DNA of 22,917 nt. It comes from an uncultured Candidatus Saccharibacteria bacterium. GTDB lineage: Bacteria; Patescibacteriota; Dojkabacteria; SC72. The notes under the pieces are model-generated. The model did not search any database, was not told where the DNA came from, and was given only the letters and a program-made list of their open reading frames with translations. The stretch spans positions 1-22,917 of the forward strand of contig CAZCWY010000006.1 in NCBI GenBank assembly GCA_964502535.1, written 5' to 3'. Every line of letters starts with the position of its first letter. Position 1 is the first letter of the stretch. Position numbers and translations under genes: made by a program. Shown here in pieces: positions 16,038-22,917 of the stretch.

Positions 16038-16905
16038 ATTCGTCAAAGCTTTCTAATCCAAGTTTTTTTAATAAATCTTCTAAGTCATTTTTACTCAAGA
16101 ATCTTATTATCACTCTTCCTCCTTTACTTAATCTTCTTACACTAGTGCTGTATCCAATCTTTTTTGTAAGCATTTCTCCATATCTTAGTAAATCAGGATA
16201 GTCTGTTTGTAGAGTTTTGTATTTAGCACTTTTACCATAATTAATCTTTCTAACGAGTGATTCAGTTTGTCTTACACTTAATCCTCTCTTTATTACAATA
16301 TCAGTAGCTGCTACTAATGATTCATCATCCTTAATACCTAACAGAGCTCTAGCATGTCCCTCTGATATCGTTTCATTGAGTACGACCTCTTTAACAGGCT
16401 CTGGGAGCTTTAAAAGCCTCATCTTGTTTGATATCGTTACTCTATTTAATCCTACCTTAGTAGCTATCTCGTCTTGGGGTAAACCAAATTCATCTTGTAA
16501 TTGAGTAAAAGCATATGCTTCTTCAATTGGATTTAAATCTTGTCTTTGTATATTTTCAATTAAAGCCAATTCTAACATCTGTTGAGGAGAGGATTCTTTG
16601 ATAACGATAGGGACATATTTAAGTCCAGCTAATTGAGCTGCTCTAAATCTTCTTTCACCAGCAATAATTAGGTATTTATCTGAATTCTTATCTTTTGTAA
16701 CGATTAAAGGTTGTATTACACCACTTTCTCTAATGGAATCTGCTAACCCAATTAATTCATTGGGTTCTATTCTCATTCTTGGTTGAAATGGATTAGGTAA
16801 TATCTTTGTTATATCAAACTTCTCTCTATATGAACTTGATGAGTTATCTATCTCATTAGAATCAATTAAAGCTGCTAATCCTTTTCCTAATCTGTTCTCT
16901 TCCAT
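16030..16905 (-). CDS. parB: Chromosome partitioning protein ParB/Spo0J
   Basis: LGKGLAALI N-terminus, the ParB box GERRFRAAQLAG, an HTH region and a C-terminal dimerisation segment. Confidence 0.92.
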   Translation of the reverse strand: MEENRLGKGLAALIDSNEIDNSSSSYREKFDITKILPNPFQPRMRIEPNELIGLADSIRESGVIQPLIVTKDKNSDKYLIIAGERRFRAAQLAGLKYVPIVIKESSPQQMLELALIENIQRQDLNPIEEAYAFTQLQDEFGLPQDEIATKVGLNRVTISNKMRLLKLPEPVKEVVLNETISEGHARALLGIKDDESLVAATDIVIKRGLSVRQTESLVRKINYGKSAKYKTLQTDYPDLLRYGEMLTKKIGYSTSVRRLSKGGRVIIRFLSKNDLEDLLKKLGLESFDEFN

Positions 16906-16922
16906 TTTTAAAGGTTAATAAT

Positions 16923-17714
16923 TTAAAGAAATCTATTAATAAATTCTTTAGCAAGACTGTTGTATGCTATAGCTCCTGATGACTTTTTATCATATTGAAA
17001 TATGGTTTTACCAAAAGAGGGAGCTTCAGAAAGCCTAACATTTCTAGGTACTATGGATTCAAATGCTACTTCTTTGAAAAAATCTCTTACATCTTTGACA
17101 ACATTTGAAGAGAGTCTTGTTCTACTATCAAACATTGTGAGTATTATTCCTCCTAATTTTAAATTAGGATTAACACCCTTAATCAATTTCATTGTATTAA
17201 TTAATTGACCTAACCCTTCTAGTGCAAAATATTCACATTGAATTGGTATAACAAGGTTTTCAGCAGCACTTAAAGCATTAATAGTTAGTAGGCCTAAAGA
17301 GGGTGGACAATCAATTAATACAGCATCAAAATCATTATTAATATCCTCTAATGCTTTCTTTAGTAATGTTTCTCTAGAAATCATGCTAACCATTTCAATC
17401 TCTGCACCCGCAAGTGATAGATGAGATGGTACTAAAAAAAGGTTTGGAGTTGATGTGGAAACAAATACAGAACGAATAGGGGTAGAATTAATAATTACAT
17501 CATAAATATTCTTATAGGGAGCTTGTTGTTCTGTATTCCAACTCTGTTTATCAAACTGTTGAGTAAATCCGATTCCTGATGAGAGATTTGCCTGTGGATC
17601 TAGGTCTATTAATAGTACTTTCTTCCCTTTTTTTGCTAAAGCAGCACCTAGGTTTAAAGTAGTAGTAGTTTTACCTACACCACCTTTTTGATTAGCAATT
17701 ACGAAAATTTCCAT
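16923..17714 (-). CDS. parA: Chromosome partitioning ATPase ParA/Soj
   Basis: Deviant Walker A NQKGGVGKTTT, DLDPQAN and IDCPPSLG. Confidence 0.93.
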   Translation of the reverse strand: MEIFVIANQKGGVGKTTTTLNLGAALAKKGKKVLLIDLDPQANLSSGIGFTQQFDKQSWNTEQQAPYKNIYDVIINSTPIRSVFVSTSTPNLFLVPSHLSLAGAEIEMVSMISRETLLKKALEDINNDFDAVLIDCPPSLGLLTINALSAAENLVIPIQCEYFALEGLGQLINTMKLIKGVNPNLKLGGIILTMFDSRTRLSSNVVKDVRDFFKEVAFESIVPRNVRLSEAPSFGKTIFQYDKKSSGAIAYNSLAKEFINRFL

Positions 17715-17752
17715 ATAGATAATTTACCATGTTTCACAGAGGGAGTCCAATA

Positions 17753-18352
17753 TTAATATGACTCGTGTTGAACAATTCTAAACTCACTGAATGGGAAGTA
17801 AACAATCCAAGCTTTACCCTTAATGGCTTCCTTTTCAATAGGACCAAACACTCTGGAATCTGAACTATTAGTTCTATTATCTCCACATACAAAATATTTA
17901 CCTTCTTCTATTGTAATTGTTTGTCCTTCATGAAGATATTCTCCACCATTTGTAATTACAGATGAGCTAAGATAGTTCGATTCATTGAGCATATCACCAT
18001 TAATGTAAATCTTTCCATCTTTAATCATTACTTCATCTCCTGGAATACCGATAACACGTTTGATAAAGTCTTGTGTATCTGAGAATTTAAAAATAATTAC
18101 ATCACCTCTTTTAGGATCTGATAATCTATATGTAATCTTATTTGCCATTAAAAACTCACCATTTTTGTAGGTAGGATGCATTGAATTACCAACAACCTCA
18201 TGAGGGGTCATTATAAACAGATACAATACTATTGCTAATACTAAAGCAACTAATATCGTTTCAATGAGAGAGTAGATAGCTTTACCTATAGAACCGATAA
18301 ACTCGGTTGCTTTTCTCTGTGGATTTACCTCTTCTGTTGCTAATTCGTACAT
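17753..18352 (-). CDS. lepB: Signal peptidase I
   Basis: N-terminal TM, catalytic Ser box GNSMHPT, Lys box IKRVIGIPGD and GDNRTNSSDSR. Confidence 0.9.
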   Translation of the reverse strand: MYELATEEVNPQRKATEFIGSIGKAIYSLIETILVALVLAIVLYLFIMTPHEVVGNSMHPTYKNGEFLMANKITYRLSDPKRGDVIIFKFSDTQDFIKRVIGIPGDEVMIKDGKIYINGDMLNESNYLSSSVITNGGEYLHEGQTITIEEGKYFVCGDNRTNSSDSRVFGPIEKEAIKGKAWIVYFPFSEFRIVQHESY

Positions 18353-18377
18353 TTAATTGGGGCATAAAAATTATATT

Positions 18378-18450
18378 TACCGCTACGGGGAATCGAACCC
18401 CGGTTTACAGGATGAAAACCTGTCGTCCTAGACCACTAGACGATAGCGGC
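18378..18450 (-). tRNA. tRNA-Glu (UUC)
   Basis: The reverse complement folds as GCCGCTA / GTCT-AGTGGTCTA-GGAC / ACAGG-TTTTCAT-CCTGT / CGGGG-TTCGATT-CCCCG / TAGCGGT-A. It has a G1:U72 wobble, is 73 nt and has no encoded CCA. Confidence 0.9.
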
Positions 18451-18468
18451 ATACTTCTAGTGATTCTA

Positions 18469-18711
18469 CTATAACAAAGGTTTTTTGTTAAGTTCTTTTA
18501 AATATTGTTGCTCTTCTGCAAAAGTAGCTCTTTGATATTCATTGAACTCTTTACTGTAAACGTACCTTCTTTTACACTTACATTCAACTAGATCTCTCCT
18601 CGCTGAGAGTTTTTCTAATTTCTTTGCTTTATCTAATGATGCAGTACAACCTACGCATAATCTTTTTTCAATCAAGACTTTTTGAAATGGTTCTATAAAT
18701 TTGATTCCCAT
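18469..18711 (-). CDS. Hypothetical small basic protein with a CxxC...CxC (zinc-ribbon-like) arrangement
   Basis: 80-aa ORF filling the gap between two same-strand tRNAs. It contains CVGC and, 22 residues later, CKC. No recognisable family. Confidence 0.5.
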   Translation of the reverse strand: MGIKFIEPFQKVLIEKRLCVGCTASLDKAKKLEKLSARRDLVECKCKRRYVYSKEFNEYQRATFAEEQQYLKELNKKPLL

Positions 18712-18740
18712 GATCTATTGTTATTAATATATATATGATA

Positions 18741-18826
18741 TGCCGAGAAGAGGACTCGAACCTCCAAGGGATATTATTCCCACTTGCTCCTAAGGCAAGC
18801 GTGTCTGCCAGTTTCACCATCTCGGC
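18741..18826 (-). tRNA. tRNA-Leu (UAG)
   Basis: Class II tRNA of 86 nt. Acceptor GCCGAGA/TCTCGGC, 3-bp D stem, anticodon arm CTTGC-CTTAGGA-GCAAG, variable-arm hairpin GGGA-ATAATA-TCCC, T-arm GGAGG-TTCGAGT-CCTCT. Confidence 0.9.
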
Positions 18827-18874
18827 TAAACAGACGATACATTTTACTAGAAATAGGGTATTTATACAAAGGAT

Positions 18875-19171
18875 TTAACTCTCTTCAATACTTCCATATA
18901 TTTTTCCATATACTTTTACAAAACCTTTCTCTTTGTATTTGGCGTTTTTTAATACATCTTCCTGTGTTAAAGAAGTATTTGGAGTGTCTTCTCTTAATTC
19001 AGAAAAAGGAATATGTCTTTTCATAGGATTAACACTATCTGTATTAACAGTTTGTAATAGCTTAGCACTATCTAATATCGTTTCCATTTGAGGTGTAAAC
19101 TTCTCTAACTCTTGATGTGTAAGAGAGATTCTAGAGAGTTTTGCAATATGTTCTAATGTTTTTTTATCCAT
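18875..19171 (-). CDS. gatC: Glu/Asp-tRNA amidotransferase subunit C
   Basis: 98 aa. IAKLSRISLTHQELEKFTPQMETILDSAKLLQTVNTDSV matches the GatC pattern. The start overlaps the gatB stop by 8 nt. Confidence 0.85.
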   Translation of the reverse strand: MDKKTLEHIAKLSRISLTHQELEKFTPQMETILDSAKLLQTVNTDSVNPMKRHIPFSELREDTPNTSLTQEDVLKNAKYKEKGFVKVYGKIYGSIEES

Positions 19172-20675
19172 TTAATTTCTCCATTAAAAGTAATCTTGCC
19201 TTATTAGGATCAGCACTACCATTTGATTTTTGCATTACTTGACCTACCAGAAATCCAATTGTAGATTGCTTACCAGATTTAAAATCAGCAACTGCTTTAG
19301 AATTAGTATTAATTACTTCATCAACAATACTATCTAAATTGCTTGTATTTTTTGTACTTTCCTGAGTAGCTTCTTGTACCAATACTTTTAAGTCTTTTTT
19401 CTGTTCTAATGATTCCTTTAATATTGATTCTGCTTTATTCTTTGTCAAAATCTTTTTCTCAAACTCAAGTATTAAATATGCTAAAGATTCTTTTGGTATA
19501 TTTTCTTCATTTATATCAAATTTCTTTTCATTAGCAATTGAAAAAAGTGTACCTGTAATCCAATTAGAGGCTGATTTTGCAGATTTAAGAATGTCCATGT
19601 CCTTAGAAAGCAAAGAAACAAGCTCTTCAAAATAGTTTGATATTTGTAAATTTGCTGTTAATACATCACAGTCATAATCTGAAAGAGAGTAAGTGGTTTG
19701 ATATCTAAGCTTTTTCTCTTCAGGTAATTCAATTATTTCACTGGTAATTCTTTCAATATCATCACTTCCAATCTCTATTACAGGGATATCTGGTTCAGGC
19801 ATATATCTGTAATCATCTGCAGTTTCTTTAGATCTTTGAAATATTGTTACTCCCTTGTTTGCATCCCAACCTCTTGTTTGTTGAATTAATGTTTTTCCAT
19901 TTTCTAAATCAGAAATCATTCTGTTTACTTCGTATTCAATAGCCTTCTCAACTGCAGAGATAGAGCCAATATTTTTTACCTCTGATTTAGGATTTAGTAT
20001 GTAATCACCTATTGGTAAAATTTTTCCATCTTTTAACTCCCATTTACCTTTTTCCTGTATAGAGATATTTGGTTCACATCTCATCTGACCTTTTTCCATA
20101 TCGCCGTCAGAGATATTTAAATATCTTACAATCTGTCTGATTTTGTTTGAATATTCTTTTGCTTGGTAAGCGCTTCTAATATTTGGTTTACTTACTATTT
20201 CAATTAAGGGGACTCCTGATTTATTGTAATCTATGAGTGCATATTCATTAATTCCTTCTGTGTGGTGAGTTGACTTAGCAACATCTTCTTCTTGATGAAT
20301 TCTTTCTATACCAATCTCATATTTTTTTCCATCTTTATCTTTAATATCTATGTAACCATCAGAGCATATTGGTCTTTTATACTGACTTATCTGATATCCT
20401 TTTGGCAAATCAGGGTAAAAGTAGTGCTTTCTATCAAAATGAATTTCTTTTTCAATATCACAATTAGTAGCGATACCTAATAATATGCATAACTCAATAG
20501 CTCGTTTATTTGGAATAGGTAGAGCTCCAGGTAAGCCTAAACATACGGGACACACATGTGTATTTGGTTCTTTTTCAAAGTAATGAGTCGGGCAAGAACA
20601 AAACATTTTACTTTGGGTATTGCTTTGAATGTGTATTTCTAATCCAATTATTACATCATATTTTGAAATTTCCAT
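19164..20675 (-). CDS. gatB: Glu/Asp-tRNA amidotransferase subunit B
   Basis: IGLEIHIQ, CPVCLGLPGALP, DRKHYFYPDLPKGYQISQ and MRCEPNISI, plus a C-terminal YqeY-like tail (GFLVGQVMQKSNGSADP). Confidence 0.95.
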   Translation of the reverse strand: MEISKYDVIIGLEIHIQSNTQSKMFCSCPTHYFEKEPNTHVCPVCLGLPGALPIPNKRAIELCILLGIATNCDIEKEIHFDRKHYFYPDLPKGYQISQYKRPICSDGYIDIKDKDGKKYEIGIERIHQEEDVAKSTHHTEGINEYALIDYNKSGVPLIEIVSKPNIRSAYQAKEYSNKIRQIVRYLNISDGDMEKGQMRCEPNISIQEKGKWELKDGKILPIGDYILNPKSEVKNIGSISAVEKAIEYEVNRMISDLENGKTLIQQTRGWDANKGVTIFQRSKETADDYRYMPEPDIPVIEIGSDDIERITSEIIELPEEKKLRYQTTYSLSDYDCDVLTANLQISNYFEELVSLLSKDMDILKSAKSASNWITGTLFSIANEKKFDINEENIPKESLAYLILEFEKKILTKNKAESILKESLEQKKDLKVLVQEATQESTKNTSNLDSIVDEVINTNSKAVADFKSGKQSTIGFLVGQVMQKSNGSADPNKARLLLMEKLNG

Positions 20676-20713
20676 TACTTAGAATGATATCAAGTAAATG
20701 TAGATATCGCAAT

Positions 20714-21805
20714 TTAACTAAACAATTTTATTTCTTTTTCCACTCTCTCTTGTTCTTGTGTCTCACTGTCTGGAATAAAGTAGTAAGTACCTCTTCCTTT
20801 TCCTTTCTGGGCTATGTATTCTTTCTCTAAGAGAAGTTGTAGATCTCTGTAAGAGGTCATAAAGGAGATACCCATCATCTTCGTGTATTCTTGTCTTGTA
20901 ATCTTAATATTATTATTTAAATATTCAACAACCTTTACCTGTCTAGGATTTAGTTCATTATCTAAGAATTTTCTAATGTTTACTTTTTTGTCATATTCTT
21001 TTGTTAATTTCTTAGAAACATCTATTACAGTTAAAGAAAGGGAGTAAAGTATTGCTTCTATGAATATGGTTATATCTCTTTTACCTTTAGAGATTTTAAA
21101 AGCAGATTCAATATCCTCACTAATTGTAAAGAAAGCCTTTCCAAAAGGTATTATATTATGTGGATTTAAACCGTATGCTTTACTTAAAAGTTTTAATGTA
21201 AGAATTGCAGTAATCTGATTACCTCCATAGAAAGGTGCCTTGTCTATTAGTTCATATAGCAAGATACTTAACTGTATTAATTTGTGTGTACCTACTGAAG
21301 AGTTAGTAATCCAATTAAAAAGATCATTAAAGTGATACCTCATATCAATATTAGGATAGTAGTCTCTTTGGTTGTACCAGGTATCATATAGTTCAAATGG
21401 TTTTTCTGAGAATGTTTTTATTCTTCCCAGATCCCACGGTTCTACAATATCTTTCATCAATATTTTATTTAAATGAGTACAAAGCTCTATGGAGGGTTTT
21501 AGATTACTTTTAACAGAGTAGGTATTGATAAAGTCTTGAGTATTCTTAAAGTTAGTAAATATTTTTAATTTCGCTTTGTATGATGGAGTTACTTGTCCTC
21601 TTTGCACAGTTAATGCTTTGTTGTAACCAATGGGGTATGCTATTAACTCTCCTAATTTATCTATTTCTTCTGCACATATCTGTTCTCTACTTTCTTCGAG
21701 TAATGGACTTGGTACAACAATATTTTTAATTTCAGACACAGCAAGCTCATATCTTACTATGTAATTGAGAATTAGGTTTGTAATTGTATATTTAGGTATT
21801 TCCAT
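20714..21805 (-). CDS. Fic/Fido-fold protein with a degenerate active-site motif and a C-terminal winged-helix domain
   Basis: The Fic-motif position reads APFYGGNQITAI (canonical HPFxxGNGRxxR). The C-terminal wHTH (ITRQEYTKMMGISFMTSYRDLQLLLEKEYIAQKGKGRGTYY) is typical of long Fic proteins. Confidence 0.7.
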   Translation of the reverse strand: MEIPKYTITNLILNYIVRYELAVSEIKNIVVPSPLLEESREQICAEEIDKLGELIAYPIGYNKALTVQRGQVTPSYKAKLKIFTNFKNTQDFINTYSVKSNLKPSIELCTHLNKILMKDIVEPWDLGRIKTFSEKPFELYDTWYNQRDYYPNIDMRYHFNDLFNWITNSSVGTHKLIQLSILLYELIDKAPFYGGNQITAILTLKLLSKAYGLNPHNIIPFGKAFFTISEDIESAFKISKGKRDITIFIEAILYSLSLTVIDVSKKLTKEYDKKVNIRKFLDNELNPRQVKVVEYLNNNIKITRQEYTKMMGISFMTSYRDLQLLLEKEYIAQKGKGRGTYYFIPDSETQEQERVEKEIKLFS

Positions 21806-21820
21806 ATCTTTAATAATAAA

Positions 21821-21893
21821 AGCTGGTGGGCGGAATCGAACCGACGACCTATCCCTTACGAAGGGAATGCTCTACCAACTGAGCTACACCAGC
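21821..21893 (-). tRNA. tRNA-Thr (CGU)
   Basis: The reverse complement folds as GCTGGTG / GCTC-AGTTGGTA-GAGC / TTCCC-TTCGTAA-GGGAT / GTCGG-TTCGATT-CCGCC / CACCAGC-T. It is 73 nt. Confidence 0.9.
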
Positions 21894-21938
21894 AATCGTA
21901 ACAGTAATTGTAACAGAGTAAGAAAGTATATTCAACTC

Positions 21939-22529
21939 TCAATCTTGACATGTGCCAGAGCAAGCACAATTAGGAGGAACTTCACCTTCAATAGCATCTG
22001 GAGAAATTGCTCTTTTAAATATTTTTAAATTTTGATCTTTTCTTAAAAAAAGAGTACCTAATTTACCTCCAACAAGATCTAGTGAGTAGAATTCTTTTAA
22101 ACTATTGAAATCTAAATTTGAGATTCCACTCATATAATCGTTACTGCTAAATTCCTCTAAAGTATACAGTCCAATATTAGTGGAAGATATTTTAAGTTCA
22201 TTGGAGTGAAGCTGATTTTTTACAGGATAAAAAGATATCTTTACATTACGGTATCCTTGTAGATACCATTCACCAATAATGTCAGGTATTTCAGTATTAA
22301 AAAATTCATTAGATCCTAAAGAAGAGTTTAAATTGTACCTGTTAATGGTGGAAGAATGATAATTAATAATAGGTATATCTTCTAAATCGTTTATATTTTT
22401 ACTATTAGAAATCAAGTTTTTTACATATAGGACAAATAAAAGAAGGAATAAACAAGCAAAAATAAGAAGTATATAAAATCTTCTTTGGAAAAACATTTTT
22501 GAAAAAGTTTTGTTTAAAATGTTGTTCAT
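21939..22529 (-). CDS. Hypothetical N-terminally membrane-anchored protein with a Cys-rich C-terminus
   Basis: 196-aa ORF with one TM (FYILLIFACLFLLLFVLYV), an N/S-rich extracytoplasmic body and the terminal sequence PPNCACSGTCQD. No recognisable family. Confidence 0.5.
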   Translation of the reverse strand: MNNILNKTFSKMFFQRRFYILLIFACLFLLLFVLYVKNLISNSKNINDLEDIPIINYHSSTINRYNLNSSLGSNEFFNTEIPDIIGEWYLQGYRNVKISFYPVKNQLHSNELKISSTNIGLYTLEEFSSNDYMSGISNLDFNSLKEFYSLDLVGGKLGTLFLRKDQNLKIFKRAISPDAIEGEVPPNCACSGTCQD

Positions 22530-22546
22530 AATTAAAAATCAACAAA

Positions 22547-22619
22547 AGCGAGAGACGGGACTCGAACCCGCGACCTTCTCCTTGGGAAGGAGACATTCTA
22601 CCAATTGAACTACTCTCGC
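22547..22619 (-). tRNA. tRNA-Gly (CCC)
   Basis: The reverse complement folds as GCGAGAG / GTTC-AATTGGTA-GAAT / TCTCC-TTCCCAA-GGAGA / GCGGG-TTCGAGT-CCCGT / CTCTCGC-T. Its acceptor and T stems are identical to those of tRNA-Gly(GCC) at 7688. Confidence 0.9.
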
Positions 22620-22662
22620 AATTGCAAGATTTTAATATTATTCAAATCAAAATACAATACTA

Positions 22663-22893
22663 TTACAGTATCGCTGATTTAATATCATTCCAATCCTGAT
22701 TTAAGCGTAAACCAATCTGTTTAGCTGTATCAGATGTAACATCGGAATCATTCTTTATCTCATCAACTACTTCCATTACTAATTTCTTGTAAGCATCAAA
22801 ATCTATCTTTTTACCAGCAACCTTAACTTCTTTAATCTTTTTTTCAACCTGCTTTCTTGCAGAGAAGTAAAGATCTTGAGCTTTATCTCCCAT
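22663..22893 (-). CDS. Hypothetical small helical, charged protein, possibly 5'-truncated by the window edge
   Basis: 76-aa ORF from ATG 22893. The frame stays open upstream to nt 22917 (DIKKLALD-M...), so the true start may lie outside the window. No family recognised. Confidence 0.4.
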   Translation of the reverse strand: MGDKAQDLYFSARKQVEKKIKEVKVAGKKIDFDAYKKLVMEVVDEIKNDSDVTSDTAKQIGLRLNQDWNDIKSAIL

Positions 22894-22917
22894 GTCTAAT
22901 GCTAATTTTTTAATATC

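Noticed and set aside
17730-17737. TGTTTCAC, a perfect left half of the parS consensus (TGTTTCACGTGAAACA), lies in the lepB-parA spacer 16 nt upstream of the parA start.
   Set aside because: The right half (AGAGGGAG) matches none of the 8 consensus positions, so it is not a palindromic parS. A single 8-mer match in about 46 kb of two-strand sequence is near chance expectation. I found no full parS in the window.
16030-17752. Possible proximity to oriC, since parAB are usually origin-proximal. I scanned for clustered DnaA boxes (TTATCCACA/TGTGGATAA).
   Set aside because: There are no clustered or perfect boxes, only scattered 7/9 matches such as TGTGGATTT near 21163. No non-coding region is long enough to hold an origin.
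2361-20830. Antisense or shadow ORFs from the six-frame track: 2361-2675, 3054-3269, 3623-4060, 5748-5969, 8197-8406, 9458-9739, 9842-10369, 10974-11177, 13485-13733, 13802-14245, 17002-17208, 20292-20480 and 20558-20830.
   Set aside because: Each lies wholly inside, and opposite to, a gene with strong motif support (ftsE, prfB, gpmI, DedA-family gene, ftsA, ftsZ, rplU, methyltransferase, parA, gatB). Their translations are low-complexity S/F/L/I-rich strings typical of the reverse frames of AT-rich genes.
1-22917. Scanned for CRISPR repeats, long direct or inverted repeats, transposase, integrase or phage genes, toxin-antitoxin pairs and other defence-island hallmarks.
   Set aside because: None was found. 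The only repeated sequence is the shared acceptor and T-arm of the two tRNA-Gly genes (7688-7761 and 22547-22619). The window is core housekeeping DNA; its novelty lies in divergent versions of core proteins rather than in an accessory island.

Overview
AT-rich, very gene-dense bacterial chromosome segment with no CRISPR array, transposase, integrase or long repeat. Genes are tightly packed: several start/stop overlaps of 1, 4 or 8 nt, two convergent pairs with overlapping stop codons, and mostly no clear Shine-Dalgarno motifs. This packing, the divergent housekeeping proteins and the presence of a sortase substrate suggest a reduced genome of the Patescibacteria/CPR type, which is inference only. 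TGA is used as a stop codon and a full-length RF2 is present, so the standard bacterial code applies. Content falls into four blocks. (1) Minus strand 71-4374: prfB, then a translationally coupled ftsE-ftsX-M23 peptidase operon. (2) 4419-8459: gpmI, uppP, a cohesin-like sortase substrate, tRNA-Phe, tRNA-Gly and a DedA-family protein. (3) Plus strand 8478-16037: ftsQ-ftsA-ftsZ-DUF167-ftsW/rodA, then rplU-methyltransferase-rpmA-SpoU methyltransferase. (4) Minus strand 16030-22917: parB, parA, lepB, gatC and gatB, plus a degenerate Fic-wHTH protein and three hypothetical ORFs, with four tRNA genes interleaved. The strongest observation is that the FtsEX-linked coiled-coil hydrolase has a circularly permuted M23/LytM domain: the HxH half comes first and the HxxxD half sits at the C-terminus. 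FtsE also carries a roughly 95-aa C-terminal extension. Other points worth checking are a methyltransferase between L21 and L27 next to an L27 with a de-charged N-terminal tail, a Fic protein lacking the catalytic His, a tRNA-punctuated gene run, and a DUF167 gene coupled between ftsZ and ftsW. All function calls rest on motifs read by eye from the translations; no database search was run.
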